Source: Geosiphon pyriformis uo1
Lineage: Eukaryota > Fungi > Glomeromycota
DNA length: 43,864 bases
NCBI GenBank assembly: GCA_016748015.1
Contig: JAAOMT010000478.1
Span: 1-43,864 of the forward strand
Direction: 5' to 3'
Shown piece after piece: positions 39,370 to 43,864 of this stretch (position 1 is the stretch's first letter; every line of letters starts with the position of its first letter). Below the pieces are notes generated by a model. The model was not told the origin of the DNA, searched no databases, and worked only from the letters and a program-made list of their open reading frames with translations. A program made the position numbers and the translations under genes.

Positions 39370-41656
39370 TTCTTTCTCTTTTATATCCAAAAAACTCCAA
39401 AGAACATTTTTCTGAAAAAAAAGTTTTTTGTTTTTTTCTTATTAGCTTATATTAATATTTCTTTATCCAACAATCCTTTTATCATGAATTTAAAAGCCAC
39501 TTCAGGTAACAACATGTCTAAGAAAAAGGCACTCAAGAGTGTTTTTTATGGCCTTGCTAGTGGTTTTTTTTACATAAGAAAAAAGTAGTTCTTGAGAAGA
39601 TCAAATACTTTGGTAATGAAAAAAATATCTTTTTGAACAAGTCTGAATCTGATAACAATGTGTATTTTAATGTTAATAGTTTATCTGGAGATGACAAAAA
39701 TATTAGCATAACTGGTATTAATGGTGGCTCTTTTTTAAGCTCAGCTGCCAATATTCTTAGAGCAAAATGAGTTAATATTAGTGCTAATTTTGGCTTTCTA
39801 CTCAGTTCTCCCGATTTTGTTATGGATGATGATGAAAAAGTCTTTCTTTCTTCTTGTTTCCCAATCTCCTTAGATAAAAAATGGATTAACACTAAAATTG
39901 TTAAATTTCAAGTGGAGGTTGCTATTAAAAAGTTGTTTGCTTTGGACATCAATCTTTTGACAGTGGAAAACAAATTGGTAACAATGAAAACTCAAGTAAT
40001 CAAGAAATTATTTTCAGTAATTAATAGTTTTGGGGGGACCACTACTTTCTTAAAATTTGAAAAGATTATTAAATTCACATTTACATCAGAAAAAAACATG
40101 AACAAAGTGACATCATTGGCTAAAGAAAATAGAATTAAAATAAACAATAATCTCAAAAGACAAGAAATACATTTAGATTGGGCTGTAGTTATCAAAAAAA
40201 TTCCTATGAATATGCTAAAAAATATGATTTTCACTGCAGTGGCTGAATATGATAAAATAGTGTTGATCTGATTGCAATTGGTTGGGTTGTAGCAAAAGGC
40301 TGTAATGAAATTTGCTAAATTGGCTCAGGCTGATTATTTGGTAGTGAGATGGTCATTCCTAATCAGAAAAAATTTGGTGTATGTGGCTAAAGCTATGGAA
40401 AATTGAGATATCTGGGCATTAAGGGATCAGTTTAAAGCATTTTTGTTTACTTTATTAATGGAAACAATTGCACATAATCTTGGGATTTTTTTAAAAGAGG
40501 CTGGTAGAAAAACTTTCTTTATTAATCAATTATTGAAAACTGGCAATAGAATTCACTGTGCTGTAGTTTGTTTTAAATTTGATAAGACATTAAAGTTTGC
40601 TTTTTACATGGAGCCAATTTTTAATAATGTTAAGCTCTTTTGAACAAAAATGAATCTGGTGCAGTATGAAAAATATAGAAGGTTTGGTTATTCTGCTTTG
40701 GAGTATAACATATTAATTGCATCCACTTTTAAGTCTTCAAAACCATTTAAAAAAGTTGCTTCAGATGAATGTTGCCTTTAGTTGGCAAAGTTATATGAGA
40801 AAAAAAGTGTTCCTATTTTCTGTCCTGCTGTCTTTAATAGCAAGTTTTGGGTACAGATAGTCTTACTTGCTTTCTCTTTTGGTGGTTTTGGCTTAGGCCC
40901 TAACTTGTCTTTCTCTGATATTCCCCATGTTGAAAAAAGTTTGTCTGTTAGTCAAATTGACTTATTTATTAATGCTCACTTGAATTCTTTCAAATGTTCC
41001 TTAGAGTTGTTGACAGATTAAGTGTCTGGCATTTTGCATAGATTAAACAGTATAGATCTGATGCCTTTGGTGTCTGCCTTTTGATGTCATCCTTCTATTG
41101 TATTCATTTTGGCTAATACAAACTCAAGTGTAAATATGATTTTGAATAGTTTTTCTATCTTTTTTGTTATTTCTTTTTTGATTATAGATGATACAGTTTT
41201 GGATTTGAGCCTGAATAAATCCAAGATTCTTATCATCAAGGTAGGTAGATTGGAATTTAAATTAGTTACTTTGGAGGTTTCTATTAATATAGTCTTGGTA
41301 AGGTTAGATCAATTGTATACTGGTTTAGACTCTTCTATATCTTCTTTTTCTCTATAAGTGATTTTATCTGGAAGATAGTCACATGTAATGTTAGGAGTTT
41401 GAACAATTTGGTTAAACAGAAAAATATTATTAAATGGCACATGAATTTATGCAACTCAATTTCTATTTTCACTAAGATAAAACTTAAGAGTTGTGCTGGG
41501 CTTTGACTTAAGAACAAGTTTTCTAGTTTAAGGGTTTTTAGCTTTGAATTGAATTCTGGCCATTTGGGCTTAGAAGTTGTAATAATTTTGAATGAAAATT
41601 TTGCTCATTATATATGCAAAGTTTCTAAAGTTCCTGAATGTCTTATTTTTGTTTGT
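39370..41656 (+). mobile_element. Heavily mutated LINE 5' portion (5' UTR, ORF1 from ~39484 to 41357, start of ORF2 endonuclease), interrupted by an LTR element
   Basis: KKLFALDINL..IKKLFSVINSFGG..WAVVIKKIP aligns with RKSFALDIDL..IRKIFSSVNGFGG..WAIVLKKIS; FIWKIVTCNVRSLNNLVKQ..ISIFTKIKL aligns with the ORF2 start at 36725. Confidence 0.88.
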
Positions 41657-42105
41657 TGTTACTTATAAAGAAAACATATAAAAAAAATAGTAGAAAAACA
41701 GATAGACCAATAGGAAAGTAGTAATTAGCACATAAGCATATTGCTTAGCAATATGAAGCAATGTCAGAAATTATGGCATATTGCTTAGCAATGTGAAGCA
41801 ATGTTAAAAAATTAGGGCATATTGCTCAGCAATGTGAGCATTGCTTAAAAAATTATAGCACATTGCTCAAGAATGTGAATGATCTTGTAAAATCTAAATT
41901 AGGTATATATAGCAAGAGCATTAGAAGCAGAAAAAACAGAATAATTACCAAGATCTTCCCATTAACACATCTCTATTAGAATTATCAATATTAATAAATA
42001 ATTATTCACTATCTAAACTTTTTTCCCCATTATTAACACTTCATGTTAATAGTATCAAATACTTAATTACATTGGAACAATAGCTCTTGATCACAGTTAT
42101 TAACA
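41657..42105 (+). repeat. Putative 5' LTR (449 bp)
   Basis: Starts TGTTA where LINE homology stops and ends TAACA; internal tandem repeats; TATATATA at 41904. The partner LTR is not in the window. Confidence 0.65.
41736..41880. repeat. ~3.5 tandem units of 40-41 bp, each with a palindromic core
   Basis: Units start at 41736, 41776, 41817 and 41858; core CATATTGCT-T-AGCAATATG and variants. Confidence 0.85.
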
Positions 42106-43864
42106 GGATACTAACTTTATTGCTTTGGCTTATATTTTATTTTTTTAATTTTTTTTTGTATTTTTATTTCTTTTATTGTTTATTAATTGATTAAAAATTA
42201 AATGCTGAGTTATTGATGTCAAGAATAACTTGGTAAAAGACCCCAAAGGAAGAGTATAGCAATTAAAAAATTTACAGATAGCTTACCAGAAAAACACAAC
42301 TGCCAGAATAAACTGGCCACTATACTGAAGAAAAAAATTTGACAGAATTGCAATTCTGGAAGGCTACTAATAAAACAACTATTGAATCTCTATTCATTAT
42401 ACAAAAAACTCCAATCCAAAACCTTCAAATCATGAAAACTTTTAAATATTACCAACATAATTCAGCTACTAAACACCAAGTTACAAATTTGTTATTTGAT
42501 TTGAGACCCCAAATAATTATCTGTAACATTTGGTGCTTTCTGTAAGATATAGTTTTACAAAAAATCAGCAACAACAACCATCCAAAAGTGACAAAATTAG
42601 AAAAAATAGAGACAAATCATTTAAGATTTACCAAATTTTTATTTCAGCATTATTGTTAACACTTAAGATTAACCAACAATAACCTATCAGCAAAATCTGC
42701 CTTTAACTTTTACATTAATGAAAAAATCTTATATTTGCTAGGAGTATTAGTAAAAACTGACTCAACAAGAAGAAATTTCTACAATGAATTAATTCAAAAT
42801 ACCAGCCTACTAGTAAATTATAACTTTATGGCAATCCTTACTGAAATCAATAGAGAAATTGAAAATCACACTCAACAAAGATATCCAATTACCTATGTAA
42901 ACAAAGGCAAAGAAAAACTACAAACACCAGCAGTAATATCTTAAAAAATACAACCACCCACTTGGAAGAAAACAAGAGTAGAATTACTAATCAACCCATC
43001 ATATTACTATATATCTGAAAGTGCCATTAACATTTTATCACCAGGCATGTCCACCTCAAATGTGAAACTATCATTAGTCCAACTTTTATTTCAAAGTAAA
43101 CAAAAAAAGCAGAGTTATTAGAAATCTATGGTAATTATTTTGAAGAATTTAAATCATAATCAATGATGCCATCAGAATTTCGATCACTATCACCTCCACC
43201 AGATTTTGGAATCACAAGTCTTTGTGAAGTAACTGAATCAAAAGAAAAGGAAAACAAAAATCAAGAATTTAATTACTAAAACCCAATTTCAGAAAACCCA
43301 AAAAATCAAACTCAGCAAAATCAGAACAATCCAAATTCCAATATCATTAATTAGCAAAACTTACCTCCAGAACTTGTGATAGATCTGTTACCAGTTGTCA
43401 CACCACCACAACAGCCAATACAACCACAACAACTACTTTAACAACCACCATAACAACAGCAACAAATTACAGCACAAATGATTTACATTCCAATTGTTAA
43501 AATAGAAAAATTTACTGGCAAAGAAAACAATGCTCAAGTATGGCTTAATAACATAAGAAAAGCCATTACAGCCAATGGATAGAACAATACTAGAGCATTA
43601 CAAGCCATTTTTTATTTTCTCCAGGATATCACTGACTTATAATATCAGAATTTGACCTAGAAACCCCAAACTTTCAATGCATTTAAGCTAGAATTTCTAA
43701 AATATTTTAGCAACAGCAACAGCATTAATTGTTTGGTTAATATATTTACTACTATTAAGCAATATTATCAGACAAAATTAGAGATATTGTTTAGCATGAA
43801 ATTACTCTTATAAATTTTATCATTAATTAGCATATATTATTGTTTCAAATTATCACTTATTACA

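Larger units (their letters stand above)
41657..43762 (+). mobile_element. Decayed Ty3/Gypsy-like LTR retrotransposon, 5' part (LTR plus gag pseudogene)
   Basis: A Q/P-rich linker is followed at 43478-43762 by capsid-like MIYIPIVKIEKFTGKENNAQVWLNNIRKAITANG*NNTRALQAIFYFLQD..L*YQNL..FNAFKLEFLKYF with stops at Trp positions. Confidence 0.75.

Noticed and set aside
41736-41880. CRISPR-like palindromic repeats
   Set aside because: The 'spacers' resemble each other, the context is a eukaryotic LTR, and there are no cas genes.
32056-43762. In-frame TGA/TAG codons as selenocysteine, readthrough or an alternative genetic code
   Set aside because: They occur only in TE relics alongside frameshifts. 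Host genes translate with the standard code, and no SECIS or TGA-CTA readthrough context was seen.

Overview
Eukaryotic (fungal) genomic DNA. Intron style, gene content and the retroelement families suggest Glomeromycotina/Mucoromycota, resembling Geosiphon pyriformis (inference). A compact ~24.5-kb island (5.3-29.5 kb) holds 13 intron-rich genes: PHO88/SND3, striatin, RVB2, RPS9, RPL21, a FUBP-like KH protein, a BRI3-like small protein, FMC1, a CHY zinc finger, SFT2-like, cobalamin adenosyltransferase MMAB, NAC-alpha and an AMFR/gp78-like E3 ligase. Five pairs are head-to-head. The island is flanked by very low-GC 'AT deserts' (~11% GC in a hand-counted sample) and retroelements: the 3' end of an open LINE ORF2, a full-length decayed LINE with a 16-bp TSD, and a third LINE interrupted by a decayed Ty3/Gypsy-like LTR element. 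The two strongest leads are (i) a vitamin-B12 adenosyltransferase gene with two in-frame first-exon options that would give mitochondrial and cytosolic isoforms, and (ii) a RIP-like C>T hypermutation signature whose context (CpG absent, TpC depleted, CpA retained) differs from classical ascomycete RIP. All gene models were spliced and translated by hand. Homolog comparisons are from memory; no searches were run.
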